From Sporopachydermia quercuum (lineage: Eukaryota): a DNA stretch of 64,000 nucleotides. The DNA lies in the NCBI GenBank assembly GCA_001599295.1, contig BCGN01000005.1, positions 186,001-250,000 on the forward strand, given 5' to 3'. The position numbers and the translations under genes were made by a program. The notes below the pieces were generated by a model, which searched no databases, was not told where the DNA came from, and was given only the letters and a program-made list of their open reading frames with translations. Below are positions 11,137 through 23,901 of this stretch, piece after piece; positions within the stretch are counted from its first letter, which is position 1; each line of letters opens with the position of its first letter.

Positions 11137-13824
11137 TCATCCAAATCTGATACCATGTTCAGGCTTCCAAACACCAATATGTGGCTGATTCGGCTTTGGT
11201 GCAGGAATTGGTGATACTGATTTCGATGGAGAAGGACTATGAGATCCAAAATCATTAGCGGATTCATGATGCAGTTCTGATCTTCTTGAAAGTCTTTCCT
11301 CCCGTTTCCTTCTTAAGAGGATTTCTCTAAAGAAACGAATTATGTTAGTTACTACAGATGAAATTCATTGCACGAAGAAATCAATCAGTTTCAGCAATCG
11401 TAGTATAGTATGAGAACCAATTTACTATACCAATACCACATGACACTACATTATGATACAGCATAGTACAATATAGTGCTGATATCAACAGTCACCGTTA
11501 ATCAATGCAAAAAGGATAAGCAAATCAACATACCTTTCCAGCAAATTTCCTTCTTCTTGTCTTTCCCTAATGAAAGTCAAACAATCATTTAATAATGCTG
11601 ACACTTTTGCTTTAAGATCAGCATAGAACTTATATCCCTGATCAATATTATTCCTTATTTCTTCGAATTTCAAATATGTATCTTCTAATGCATGCAGAGC
11701 TTCCTGTCTTCTAACTTGTATCGAATCACTTTGATACAAGTTAACCAAAGATTCATTCAAAGTCTGTAAGGTAATTTGTTAGTAATAGTATAGTCATGGA
11801 AATAGACATTACAATGATAAAGATTAGCTAATACTCTCTACTATATAATAACAAATTCATACCTTTATTTCAGNCATCAACTTCATTTGATATTCTTCCT
11901 GTCCTTTCAACCAAGCCAAGTCAGACTCAAAATTTCTCATATGAGAGCTGAATATTCTATCGAATGACGAATAATCATCTATTTCATTGCCTCCACTCAA
12001 CCCAGAAGTTTCTGAATGAGATAAGATCTTTGGTACTATATCAAACTCTCTTGATTTTATTCTTACAGTTTCAATAAACTGTCTTCTTTGCTGTTCCATT
12101 CTTCGTACTAATTTGAGCAAATCTTCTATTTGATCAGCCAATTGAAGTATACTGCTATCAATCCTCACATAGCTTGAATTNGGTATGAAATTTCTTAATG
12201 TATGCTCGTCACCAAGTAATAGATCAATCATAGGATGGACCTCTTTTACTTCGTTTTTGATTAATTCGTCACCAGAAGACGCTTGAGTAACATAGTCACA
12301 TAATTTCTTATATCGTTCTTGGAGATGCTGTGATGCAATTTGACTGTCAACACGTATCCATCTTTTGCCGTATTTCTCCTTTTTCATTATATCTTCGGCT
12401 CTTTCTAGATCTAATTTCTCGGATACTTCATCAAGAAGATCTTTGCCTTCTTCAGACAAATCGCGAAGATCATCAACTGCTTGAACTAGTGCTTCATAGC
12501 CACCATTTGATTTTATCTCACCAATACGTGATAGTATGCTGTTAGGTATCCCTTGTGGTTTTCTAACAGTATCAACACTAGCAGGTAGATTCTGGCTGGT
12601 TAGAAATTGATGTATCTCATGGGTTAGTCCATTGCATTTGCCAATGATGTGATCATCAACATAAGTGTTTGCTTTCTCTTTATATAGCTGTGCAAGAGAT
12701 ATGATTTTATAAGGCGTTAGATCTTTGAATAATCGTCGTTTNACAGAAGCTGTAGTAGCAGAAGTAGTTTTCTGTCGTGTTTTTGTTTCATTTGATTTCA
12801 AGACATCTACTAATAATGGCTCAGCAACAGATTTGCTGATTATTGGCGATAGCTCAGAGAAAGAAGGTATAACGTTTAGATATATAAGATCGTTATCCTT
12901 TTCAGCTCTTGCTAAATTATCTTTGATTTGCTTATATAGACCCTGGAGATCATCAAGGACAGGAGCAGAAACATATCTTGAGCTCATTAAAGCATTTGAG
13001 CATGATTCTAAAGCTGCTTTCAGTCTTGCAACTTCTTCGCCATAGTGTAGCTTGCTTATAGCATCGACGCTCATTCTAAAATGTGCAGCTGCTTCAAAAT
13101 GATACTTCTTACACGTTAAATGATTCATCCATTCAGAACGAAACACTGGAACCCGTGAAGCTTTTTCAAAAGCCCTTGAATAGTAATCAGATACTTGCAT
13201 AGAAATTTTGGCTATCAATGCATTGCTTGTAGCTTCATTCGATATAGCTCTTAGCCAGAACGTCTCTTGTGCTTGAGCGAGCATTAGATACTTCAATGCA
13301 ATTATAGTATCCTCAGACAGGTCGCTTGATTTATATCCTAATTCCTCTGCTATGTTCATCTCTAAATAATATAAGCAACCAGCTGCGTATTGGAAATATA
13401 AGTAAGACTTCTTCAATCCATTGTCTGTTGCCCTACTGACACTTGTTCCAAGTATGGAATAAGCAACTGCTAATTGAAATATGACATTGGCCTGCTCGAA
13501 AGTAAGACTAGCTTCTTTCACAGGATTATCCTTGGTATATCCCAATGTTGGATACCAAGTGAATTCACACAAATCATTAGGAAATTTCTTTATTAAATTG
13601 TTTAGCGCTTCAATGTATTGAATGATTAGATCAGGTGTTGATTCAACGACATTGGTAGCAGTGAGATTGGCAATATTCTGTCGTAAAGAGTGGACTTTCG
13701 CGATGTCATTTTCAAATATAGTTACAGGCTGAAAATACTCTTCGTCTATGAGTTTGCTTATAATTCGGTCCAGAGGAACTGGGTCAGTTGTTCTTGGTGG
13801 GATGAATAGCAGATTGATGCTCAT
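11137..13824 (-). CDS. RIM20: Bro1-domain pH-response protein Rim20/PalA; introns 11764-11862 and 11327-11533
   Basis: Bro1 domain (FEQANVIFQLA, MLAQAQETFW, YGEEVARL, KDNDLIYL), ALIX V domain, spliced C-terminus GVWKPEHGIRFG; syntenic with MOD5. Confidence 0.92.
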
Positions 13825-14700
13825 TATGATGATATCATTCAGTTGTGAGAAGAATACAAGACAATCAAAGTCTTTGTCGAGGTGAAGACAAGAGTAAATG
13901 CAGTTGGCTCACTTGCTCTAAACTCTTTCAACATACTTTTCAATATGCAAAGATGAAGATAGGCAGTATAATTGATAGCTATGATCAGTGGTTTTTTTTA
14001 TTGCTAAATAGAAAGAATTGAGTGATTGTTGATTTCAAACCTGTAAATGCTGGTGAGTTAGAGTTTAAAATATATGCATGAACATGCAAGTGTGTAATAA
14101 GATTCAAATTTTAAGTAAACCTTAATTATTATGAAATCTTACGAGAATTGGAGGGGANTTCTGGACACTTTTCTTTGGTAGATTGAGATATATTGAAACC
14201 AAAATTAAGGTTTACATGTAAGATAGTTTACAAAAACTTTGTTGGATTGATCCTTGCATTTTCCCTACTAATAAAAGATTAAACATAATAGACTGAATAT
14301 AAATAAAGAAATTGTTTCTTTATTTTGACTTCTCAATTCAATTTGATAAAGTGATTTATGAAACAATATGTTTGTTCCATAATATGTGTAACGGATCTGA
14401 AAATCAATCTGTTACACATCTGGACAATTCTTATATACTTTTAATTTACATAACCTCAATTGTCAATGTTAGCATAAGTATCAGTCATAAGAGTACGGGA
14501 ACTATGAATTCTACTTTAATTCTACAACATCAATATATCATTGGAAGGATATTCTTTGATAAATACATTCTTTGGTATATAGTGGATATAGCTGAACCTA
14601 CATCCAAATTTGGATATCAATCCTTTATATGATTTCCTCAGTCATATCCATGATAACCAGCTACTATGCAGTGAAGTAAAAGATGACCCAAATTCTTATT

Positions 14701-16899
14701 TCAGTTTGTCTCTCCATTTGCCATGGCTACTTGAAAATCAGAATATTGCTGTTCAAGTTCCCTTTCAGATTCTAGCAGAAAATCTAATTCGTTCTGAAGT
14801 GAGTTCTGACGGAATTCAATGCCCACAATCTCACTTTCCAATGCATTCTTAAACACCTTCTCCTCAATTGAGGCTTCTATCAGTTGAGTTTGGTGCTCAA
14901 AATGCCTTTTCAAAATAGATTCTTCTCGCGTTCTATATCCTTTTATTAGTTTTTCATACTTGGCTTGTGCACTTATTACCTTCTGGTTTATTTGACCAAC
15001 AAATGAGTCTAAGGATTCCACAGAGTTGATTTGAGAATAGGAATAATTGACTTCTTTGGTGAACCATTCTCTGAATTTACTCAATTTCTCATCATCCAAA
15101 TAATTTTCTGCTTCTAATTTGAACCATTGAATTTCCTTCTTCTTGTCAGGGAACACACCTGATTTAATTAGATCAATTGTTTCCTGCCAAATTTCCTTTT
15201 CTAGGGTTTTCGTAGCAGCCGAACCATTAAGCTTGAAAATACCATTACCAGCTTCAATATTAGGTATTGGTAAATTTCTTAGCAAAGATTCAGGTTTATC
15301 TAACCTCTCTTGCTCTAACCGTATGTTTTCCAATAATATTCTCTGCCTTTCTTTCTCACCTTCGTCCTTATCTATCTTTTGCACCATCAGGTCATCGTTT
15401 GATTCGTCGACCTCTGGAACTATTAATTCAAATTCATTTTTTGGTTTAGGCAAGCGTGATAAAACATTCTTGAGGCCAGAGGTAGTACCGAGTCCCTTGT
15501 TAACACCTAAGTTATCATGCCGTGGTGTTTGCTGTATATTTCCCATTTTGAGCGCTGGTGTTGCCAATGGATTAGGCGTATGTCCAATAGGAGTTGCATT
15601 AATATGGCTTGCGATTTCTGATCTTATTGTTCTGGGTACTACAAATTTGCCTGTCGACGTTATTACATCGTCACCACCAAGTAATGATGACTCCGCTTTA
15701 GTCATACTTTGAATATCGTTGATAGCATTAGCTACACGTTCATCGTGCGTCGTTTCTGAAACCGTCTTCAAATTACCGGTATCTATCATTTTGGATGTAT
15801 ATTCAGATAAAAGATTTCCAGTTATTCCTTCATCATCTTCTTTATTGTAAGTAGAAGTCATACGCTGAACTAGTTCCGTATCTTTAATCAAATCCTCAAT
15901 CTCTTTTTGATCTGCTAGAGGCGCTGGTAGCACCAACCTCCTTCTTTTAGCTATACTTTCATTATCTTGTTCTACCATTAACTTCTGCAAACGAGCAGCA
16001 GTAATGGCATCTTGTGTTGACAGTTCATTTGAGCGTTTCTTGTCATTTTTTTTATCTGCACTTTCTTTCTTCTTGTTTGGTTTACCGGTGATTTGCTCGT
16101 GTTTCAAACCTTTTTCATCTACTAACGTCTGGAATTTATTACGTTCTGATTCATTAAGCTTGTCTTCAGCTGAAGTATCGTAAAAACCTTTGGCGACTAC
16201 TCTTTGAAAAGGGATTTCTTCACTATAATCAATTTCCGTCTCATTCTTCTTTCTTTTCAACCTTGTTACGATTCCTGCGTTTTTAAGTTCTCTTCTTTTC
16301 TGCAATAAGGCTATTCTTCTGCTTTGTTCCAATAACCGTTCTCTATCTTTCCTTTTAGCCTTTTTACCCTGAGTATTTGCCAATCTTGCTCTTGCTTCAG
16401 ACAGCATTTCTTTTTCATCATCATCCATATCGATTGCATCTGGTCTTGCTGGTTTTGTTTCAGCACTGCTATTCACTTGACGAGCTATTGAAGTTCTGGA
16501 GTTATTGGCACTTGGTTCAGCTTCGATTCCTGAAGCACTTAGCTTTAAATCTTCGCCTTCTTTGGAATTCAGATGTTCCACATCTTCCAGCAACGTTTGA
16601 TACCTTTCTAAACATTGGGTTGCCGTTCTTCCTACCATAGGCGCTATAGTTCTCCATTGTGTTGGCATAAGCTTAGCTAATCTCAATAGTTTCTCATCTT
16701 CTTCTCTCGACCATTCAATTTTCTTGATAGAAGGATCCAACCATTCGTTCCATCTTGCTTTCGCCTGCTTTGCTGTTTTCCTAGCTAACAGAGACGACAC
16801 TCTGGGCCATTGATTCAGTCCATATTTCGACACTGCTGCTCTCAGAATCTCATCTTCAACATTGGTCCAAACACCACCTTTCACATAATTTGGCGCCAT
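14701..16899 (-). CDS. CEF1: Spliceosome NTC subunit Cef1/Cdc5L
   Basis: Tandem Myb repeats KGGVWTNVEDEILRAAVSKYGLNQW..; EMLSEARARLANTQGKKAKRK. Confidence 0.97.
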   Translation of the reverse strand: MAPNYVKGGVWTNVEDEILRAAVSKYGLNQWPRVSSLLARKTAKQAKARWNEWLDPSIKKIEWSREEDEKLLRLAKLMPTQWRTIAPMVGRTATQCLERYQTLLEDVEHLNSKEGEDLKLSASGIEAEPSANNSRTSIARQVNSSAETKPARPDAIDMDDDEKEMLSEARARLANTQGKKAKRKDRERLLEQSRRIALLQKRRELKNAGIVTRLKRKKNETEIDYSEEIPFQRVVAKGFYDTSAEDKLNESERNKFQTLVDEKGLKHEQITGKPNKKKESADKKNDKKRSNELSTQDAITAARLQKLMVEQDNESIAKRRRLVLPAPLADQKEIEDLIKDTELVQRMTSTYNKEDDEGITGNLLSEYTSKMIDTGNLKTVSETTHDERVANAINDIQSMTKAESSLLGGDDVITSTGKFVVPRTIRSEIASHINATPIGHTPNPLATPALKMGNIQQTPRHDNLGVNKGLGTTSGLKNVLSRLPKPKNEFELIVPEVDESNDDLMVQKIDKDEGEKERQRILLENIRLEQERLDKPESLLRNLPIPNIEAGNGIFKLNGSAATKTLEKEIWQETIDLIKSGVFPDKKKEIQWFKLEAENYLDDEKLSKFREWFTKEVNYSYSQINSVESLDSFVGQINQKVISAQAKYEKLIKGYRTREESILKRHFEHQTQLIEASIEEKVFKNALESEIVGIEFRQNSLQNELDFLLESERELEQQYSDFQVAMANGETN

Positions 16900-17049
16900 G
16901 ATGGGCAGACTACGTCCTTATGACTATATGAATAGATATTTGTATCAACAGACCGTTTAAACACCTCACATTCAAATTCTAGCAGATTTTAATATTGTAT
17001 TCACCAAATGGATATAGTATATGGAAATATAAATGATGAAGCTATAGAT

Positions 17050-17114
17050 CATAACATGATTTCATAACATGATTTCATAACATGATTTCATAACATGATT
17101 TCGTAACATGATTT
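17050..17114. repeat. 13-bp tandem repeat CATAACATGATTT x5 (last copy CGT variant)
   Basis: Read directly in the divergent CEF1/EFR3 intergenic region. Confidence 0.92.
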
Positions 17115-17524
17115 CCCTCATAGTTTCGATAATTCATAAAAAGAATGAAAAGAGATATTCTGCATCTTATTACAGGGAGAAGAAGTGAACGAAAAGCGGA
17201 AAAGATAACTTGTGTACTAGCGGAGTAATTCTCAAGATACTTTAATGTTAGGTCTCACTAGCGTAAACGGGGGGTTACTAGAAGACTCTACCAGATGGTA
17301 GCATGTCAGATGTGTCAACTGAAACTACCAACAAACAAGCGGAGGAAACACTTAAACCTATTACTATTATCAACAATATACAGCATACAATTCTTGTTTT
17401 AAAGTGCCTTTTCAAATTATATTTGACAGCTTAAACGCTTAAATTAATGGGTGTTAAATGATGAAATTTAACTGTTATTGTAGAATCAACAGCACAATAT
17501 AGATAAGTCAACCGTTTGTGTATC

Positions 17525-20443
17525 ATGTTGCGAAAATTCACACCTAAGCATCAAAGGATCATCCTTCAATGCTATCCTCCTGGTAGAGGAACAGATAAAA
17601 AGCCCAATTCTTCAGAGCTGTCATACTTATTGTACTATGCATCTACTAGAAGGACAAAGCTAGAGAAAGTAGGTGCTTTCTTGGAAAAGAAAACAATATC
17701 AGATTGTTATAAATCAAGAGTTGGTAATGTTCAAGTCACCTTGGATATTCTTAATGCACTAACTTCTAAGTGTCCCGATAACCTTGATGTTTTTGCCCCG
17801 AATTTGATTAGAATTATTTTAGCAGTTTTGAAAACAGATGATTTGGCTTTATGCCAATATATGTTACCATTATTTAGAAGTTTCTGCTCAACAATTCACC
17901 ATGATATCTTTGTTGGAGATAGAAGCTTTGTTGCCTCCTTCCAGCAAGTATGTGATACGTTTCTATCAATTGGCAGACAATTTTCAAGGCCAAATCACAT
18001 TGCGGGAAGTCCAAACGAAGTTCAATGGAAACTGGTTGCACTGGATGCTTGCAGGAGCATTTCATTAGTTATCAGACATTTAGAAGAGTTAGGACATTTA
18101 TTGTTATCAGAGATTATCCCATTTATTCTGGATTGTATAAGTAAAGGTCAATTTTCTCCAAGATTAAAGGCAAACTCGAAAGAAGATATCAGCGAAATTA
18201 GCCAACTAAGAGATTTCAGTTTGGAGCATTTGGGATCTCAAGTTTCTGATTTGGATGATGTTGATAAGCCTGTTCTATCTGATATTTCACCAATATCCAC
18301 TAATGTATCTTCCGGGTCGAATAGGTCCAGAACCAATGCTGGTGATGGCAATAGAGACGAAGCCGAAGAGGATGATTCCGATTTACTGGTAGGAACAAAC
18401 CTACAACCGGTTCGAACTAAAATAATCAAATCTCAAACTAGAATTCTGACTGGTGTTGAAGAATCAGTAGAAGTCGAAGCAATGAGAACACTTCGTCATT
18501 ATTTCATGTCTGATGTGCCACAGCAAATTACTTCAACCTCTGAAAGAGTTATGCATTATATATATTCGTATGAGTGCCCCATTCAGTGGAGTACTACGCT
18601 GATTTTGATTGCTACTAAATGGGTACCTGTACAATTGAGATACGTCCTACTCACTACTCTTGTATCATTAGTGGAAAAGGCAGAATCCGTAAGATCGAAG
18701 AGCGAAACACTTATCATTATCTCCGCTTTATTACGATCATCTATCACGATCATGGGACTCTCAGTTATTGATATTTTACGTGAACTGCTTGCTTATGAAT
18801 CAAGAATCATCGTTGATACTGCAACTAATAGACAACCGGAAATCCATCCTGATCGTATTGATCATTTCATTCGACTAATATCAGATGTCATTGCTAATCT
18901 TTCAATGCACATTTATTACTTTGATCAAGTTCGTGATATGGTAGCAGAACTAGTATTCAAAGCAACAGGTAGATCCCAAGGCACTAACGATAGTAATACC
19001 TCTGAGAATTCCGATAGGTTGGAACTAAATGGCACATCGGTGTTTGGATCTTCTGTTCATTCATCGGATTCTGAATCAAAACTAAGATTTGAACATGTTT
19101 CAAGAGAAACGAACTATGAATTGTATGCTCCATCAATTCTCAGCAATATACCAAAAGTATTGAAAATTAGTGCTATACAGAAATCAGGCATTCCAAGGTC
19201 TAAATGTGAACTAGACTGTTGGGAAGGCTCATTTTTCTTACTCAGAAGTGAGAACCAAACTCTAAGAAACATATTTATACAGGTTTTCACTGAGTTCATT
19301 GAATTAGAATACCTACCAAATTCAATTGAAGCAGTTGATTTGTCTCCAGATAAGTTCCAACAAATTGTACTTACTGATAATGCAAATTCTGCTCAGATTC
19401 CTGTTATTATTTCTAGCGTTTGCCGGCAGTTTCTCAATAATTCACTGTCAAATAACGATTATGTATTACTATACAAAATGATTTATGTCTTACAACAGGC
19501 GTTTCCCGTGAAGGTATTCTCAAGAGGTTTACCTTATGTATTGGGTGTTGANATATCGACCAAGGATAGTGAATCTGACGATGGTTCGAATAACAGACAT
19601 AATTATCTTCAGGTTTCTGATAACTCGTCTAAGTTTTCACTTGAGAAATGCAAAGCTTTGCTGTCATTCACATTTGCATTCGTTTATAGAGGAATCAATG
19701 AACTTCAAATGAATAATATCAAAGATTGGTATCAAGATGAATTGCAGAAAAGACTTGATAGTAACATCTGGTACAATTCTTTCCCAGTACCTCATCCGGT
19801 TGATGGTGATAATACTGAGACAGTTAATTATCATATACCAAAGGATATACCGAAAGCTGAGAAGGGCAATAATGAAGATGAGAATCAAATAAGAAATGCC
19901 CTAATTGGAGCCTCATCAACTAATATTGAAGGGATCAAACAATCTTTAAAAGATCACTGGAAATTATCAGCGCCTGTTATTAATAGTATTACTACTGCTG
20001 TTGATTTCACTTCAGACACTCGTTCGATCGCCTCAGGTAGCCTTTTGAACTCGTCAATAGTCCACTCTTTACTATTACCAACATTCCACGAATCATCAGA
20101 AAATCTATCGAAAAATCCTTTGGCACTAGATGCATATTCTTCTGCTTTGCTTGGTAATCAAAGACTGAGAGTGCTATCTTCTAGCTCCTTATCTTCTGCA
20201 GCACAGTCAATCAATCTGGAATTAGCTGATGGCTCACAATTGGTTTCGTATCCCACAGTCAGTGAATTAAGAAAAAATGCTGCTATTGGATTGTCTTCCC
20301 TGCCTGATACACCGTTTGGAGAGTATTCTTTCAAAGGTAGGACTGACNTGCCAATTAATGGTAACAAGAAAGACGATCTTAGTAGTATCTTATTGGAATT
20401 GACACTGGATGGACCTGCAAATACTGGCTATTTTACAAGATAG
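17525..20443 (+). CDS. EFR3: PI4-kinase (Stt4) plasma-membrane scaffold Efr3
   Basis: PKHQRIILQCYP..KPNSSELSYLLYYASTRRTKLEKV, WVPVQLRY, GLSVIDILR, HIYYFDQ; first ATG at 17525; divergent from CEF1 as in S. cerevisiae. Confidence 0.94.
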   Translation: MLRKFTPKHQRIILQCYPPGRGTDKKPNSSELSYLLYYASTRRTKLEKVGAFLEKKTISDCYKSRVGNVQVTLDILNALTSKCPDNLDVFAPNLIRIILAVLKTDDLALCQYMLPLFRSFCSTIHHDIFVGDRSFVASFQQVCDTFLSIGRQFSRPNHIAGSPNEVQWKLVALDACRSISLVIRHLEELGHLLLSEIIPFILDCISKGQFSPRLKANSKEDISEISQLRDFSLEHLGSQVSDLDDVDKPVLSDISPISTNVSSGSNRSRTNAGDGNRDEAEEDDSDLLVGTNLQPVRTKIIKSQTRILTGVEESVEVEAMRTLRHYFMSDVPQQITSTSERVMHYIYSYECPIQWSTTLILIATKWVPVQLRYVLLTTLVSLVEKAESVRSKSETLIIISALLRSSITIMGLSVIDILRELLAYESRIIVDTATNRQPEIHPDRIDHFIRLISDVIANLSMHIYYFDQVRDMVAELVFKATGRSQGTNDSNTSENSDRLELNGTSVFGSSVHSSDSESKLRFEHVSRETNYELYAPSILSNIPKVLKISAIQKSGIPRSKCELDCWEGSFFLLRSENQTLRNIFIQVFTEFIELEYLPNSIEAVDLSPDKFQQIVLTDNANSAQIPVIISSVCRQFLNNSLSNNDYVLLYKMIYVLQQAFPVKVFSRGLPYVLGVXISTKDSESDDGSNNRHNYLQVSDNSSKFSLEKCKALLSFTFAFVYRGINELQMNNIKDWYQDELQKRLDSNIWYNSFPVPHPVDGDNTETVNYHIPKDIPKAEKGNNEDENQIRNALIGASSTNIEGIKQSLKDHWKLSAPVINSITTAVDFTSDTRSIASGSLLNSSIVHSLLLPTFHESSENLSKNPLALDAYSSALLGNQRLRVLSSSSLSSAAQSINLELADGSQLVSYPTVSELRKNAAIGLSSLPDTPFGEYSFKGRTDXPINGNKKDDLSSILLELTLDGPANTGYFTR

Positions 20444-21193
20444 ATTCCAAGATCTACATAGATGTTTAGCGAAAATTGGCAACGGGAATACTGCTACTTG
20501 ATTAAATGAAACATCTGTATCCTCTAATTTTATCTGCATATATAATGCATTGTATAGTACAAGTATCCTTGATTGAATAATACGTGATATGAATATATGA
20601 TTAGAAGGGTAAAGAGGACATTACATAATAACCTTGACCAGAAATGAGAACAGTAAAGAATAAAATTATATTGTTGTAGGTAGAGGGTAAAAGTTATGAA
20701 AGTCAGGATGATGATGACGAATTAACGATTGCAACCTATGGTATGAAGCACAAACTAGGCAAGCAACTTCATCAAATTATTCAAAAATAACGATAGCGGC
20801 ACCATTGATTACATAAAATCCAGGAAAAAGAAATGACTTAAAAAAACAGAACAAAACAATCAAAATCAATAAACACGACGCCAGAAACAAGAATACAAAA
20901 CTAATGAATGCTCTCCGTTTCATTCTGTTATATAATTGAAACACAACAGAAAAATGCAAAAACATGGGCACCCAATAGCTTTAGATCAATATTAACTTCT
21001 CCGTTCAATCAAACCAAACAACTTTTTAACGATAGTAATACTGCCCTATACCGTCTTCATTTTTGATAAAGTCATCTTACGCACTTCTTCATACCTTGAG
21101 ATGTATGTCCTTCAACATAATATTTTCAACAAAACCTTCTAAATCCATAATTTCATCCTTCTACATGATAAAACCACATTGCCATTATTGCCA

Positions 21194-22087
21194 TTATTTT
21201 GTTTCTTTCTTTCGACCGTCAGATTCGCCAAAACTCTTTCTTGGATGCCCCCTATGAATATGATGATGGTGATTATGGTTTTTATTTTTATGAGAATGTG
21301 TGTGGCGCGATGGGACGCTTGTCCATCCTTCATCATCAACATCATCAGCAATCGCACTTCCTTCCATATCAATATGTATTGGTTCGACGTGCTTCCTATA
21401 AGTTTGGTCAGGAGTTGTTGTTTGAGATATTAATGGACGAGGTGTATCTATATATGATGTGAATGTTAGTATATGATTCGGTGACAATTCGAAAACTTGA
21501 CGTAGCAAATTCGATCGTATTCACTAACTCATTTGAATAATTCAATTCCCCTTAACGTACCATTTGATCTTGACGATCTTCGTTTAGTATGAACGAAACC
21601 ACCATATACTGTTGTTAGCTCCTCAATCGGCACATCAGCAGATTCATCTATTTGTTGTCGGACTTCATCTGATACTTCTAACTCAAGAGGATGACTATTT
21701 GAAGGAGCAGGTGGATGATCTGCTTTTGAAAACCGTGGTCTGTAGGCATTATCTCTAAAATCCAGATATTAGTGTTCAATCATTAGGAGCTGAAAACAGA
21801 CAAGCAGATGAAAAATGAATGGCCATGGAGCAATCACTGAATTGAACTGCTATATTTTATGCTAACCAGGTATTGTCCTCGCCAAATAAACATAATAAAA
21901 GCTCCAATTATCAAACATACGAATGAGAGAATCTCTTTTTAGTTCCAAAAGTACCGAATTTCTCTGCAACTGCATCTTTTATGCTTTCTACCATTTGACT
22001 GAATTCTTCCAGATTGCTACCTTCTGGAGCACCCACTTGCGGGCTTTTCGCCAGTTCAAACAATAAATCCTCTGAATATTTCACCAT
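21194..22087 (-). CDS. CAF20: eIF4E-binding protein Caf20/p20; introns 21755-21920 and 21448-21560
   Basis: Starts MVKYSEDLLFEL (YxxxxLphi motif), then FGTKKRFSHS and DDEGWTSV; GTATGT..CACTAAT..TAG and GTACGT..ACTAAC..TAG introns keep the frame; near MOD5/RIM20 as in S. cerevisiae. Confidence 0.82.
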
Positions 22088-22402
22088 TGTTGATATCTTA
22101 ATAGATCTTTAATTCAGAAACTGGTTTGATTAATTTATTTTTATACTCTTCCTTCTCTTTATTCTATGTGCTCCTTCTATCGGTTGTGACTTCTTGAGCT
22201 GTTTTGTTCACGGTTCTAAAGGGTGAATTCTTCAGCTGCATTTCAACTTTCCCAAATCGTTATTATAAGATTTTCTTTAAATTTTCAGATAGCAGTAATG
22301 TTATAATACATAAATATCTGGTCGTTTATTTCTATTCGTTAACTTCGTAATTTATTTATTTTTATCCCTTTCATTTCTTCCCTTTAATGTTTTGGTTTCA
22401 AT

Positions 22403-22425
22403 TGAAAATTTTTCACAGAGATGAG
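22403..22425 (+). promoter_or_regulatory. RRPE plus PAC-like pair (ribosome-biogenesis regulon)
   Basis: TGAAAATTTTT followed by GAGATGAG in the CAF20/TMA16 divergent promoter. Confidence 0.5.
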
Positions 22426-23076
22426 GAAATATTCTGATGACATAATCCAGATATTCTTACAAACCCATTTCGAGTAACTGATCATGTGACAAGAGTGATA
22501 AGGGAACATTGAACGAATGAGAAAGAGCGATAATGATGCTGCATTGTGTATTTCTGCAGTGTGGGATAACAGTAGCAAATAAGTAGTGTAACTGATCATA
22601 GAATATTGAAAAGCGAAAAATATTCATACAACTTATTATGATTGTAGTAGATTAAACGCTCTCACAGTTGTTCCATTCAACGCTGAAAGTACCGGATAAT
22701 ATGATCAATCACTATTTCCACTTCAGTAATGACTACCTTTCTAATTCCGGAGATGATAATGTCTCCATAATAAAGAAAAATTTATCTGAAACCTGAGGGA
22801 AAATGCTTCATAAACATTACACCAGAAGGATATTTAGGGATATTTATGATAAACTGATAGATTGTAGACATCCTGTCAACACGAGATCAGATTTTGACTC
22901 TATTTTATGGTTTAACTAGTTTTGATGAACAATCTGTTTTAGAGTTATATCTTTAATAACTAAAGGCGGATTGATTTCTTTTCTGTTCACATCTCTCAGC
23001 TTTCACTCATCATTCATACGATACACAAGCAAAGTAATCCATTTCCTTATTTGTCTTTTTACTTATTGGTTCAACA

Positions 23077-23901
23077 ATGCCCGTTCTCAAGTCACTGAAG
23101 AAAATTGAGCAGAAGCTCAAAGGAAGTGAGGGTAGAATTCATATTAAAGGAAGAAAATTCAAACAGCTGAATAGAGCTACAGTTCGAGATGAGAAGCTGA
23201 AGAAGAAAGCGATAGAAAGACAAAACACACAGCATGCTAAATGTACGTAGAATTGGTTGTATTTCCAGTATTATGTAATTGCTTACTATTATTAAATAAG
23301 CTGGAATTTGGGACTAGTATAAGTTACTTCTAAAAAGCTATCAAGCAATAAGTTGTGGTGCCAGAGTCAAAGAAGAGTACTAACAGATCTTCCTACTTTA
23401 GTTGCGAGATACCATTTTTTCCAAGATGTTGTTAATGAATCAGGTAAAGAATCCTTTACCTTAGCAGAGGTGAAGAATCTCATCGAGGTCTTCATTGGAA
23501 GAGACAATGAAGAACTAGAAAGGTTAAAGAAAGAACGACGACCTGGCAGACCTCCTACGAATCGTCAACTGATTCTACAAAACATGCTAGAAAGAGAAAG
23601 GAATGAATATAAAGCAGGTTTCAGTAAGTAATGATATTTTCTTTTTTTGCTCGAACAACAAGGAATAAATAAGAGCGTTGATAATACCCTTGAATGACCC
23701 TTGTATTGTTTGCCGAACAGTCTGCTAACAGAACACAATTTAGAAGTGCCAGATATTCGAGATCCTATTAATATCAAGAAATTGAAAGAATGGGAAGGAA
23801 CTGCTGGAGGACTAAATCAAATTCAAATGATTTTGGTATCAGAGAAAATTGATGAAGTGTCAGAATCTTTAGATGGTGACGCTGATGAGAAAATGGCATA
23901 A
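23077..23901 (+). CDS. TMA16: Translation machinery-associated protein Tma16; introns 23243-23401, 23624-23743
   Basis: IHIKGRKFKQLNRATVR, EELERLKKERRPGRP, EYKAGFKVPDI, WEGTAGGL. Confidence 0.92.

Noticed and set aside
14312..14852. 106-aa and 80-aa + strand ORFs
   Set aside because: TTG starts, AT-rich intergenic composition or antisense overlap with CEF1; no motifs
15143..15712. 189-aa ORF antisense to CEF1, and similar shadows of FSF1, SRP21, ERG5 and PAH1
   Set aside because: Mirror frames of real genes, explained by codon bias
20777..20971. Hydrophobic 64-aa ORF resembling a membrane microprotein
   Set aside because: Arises from T-rich 3' flanking sequence with a GTG start; no other support
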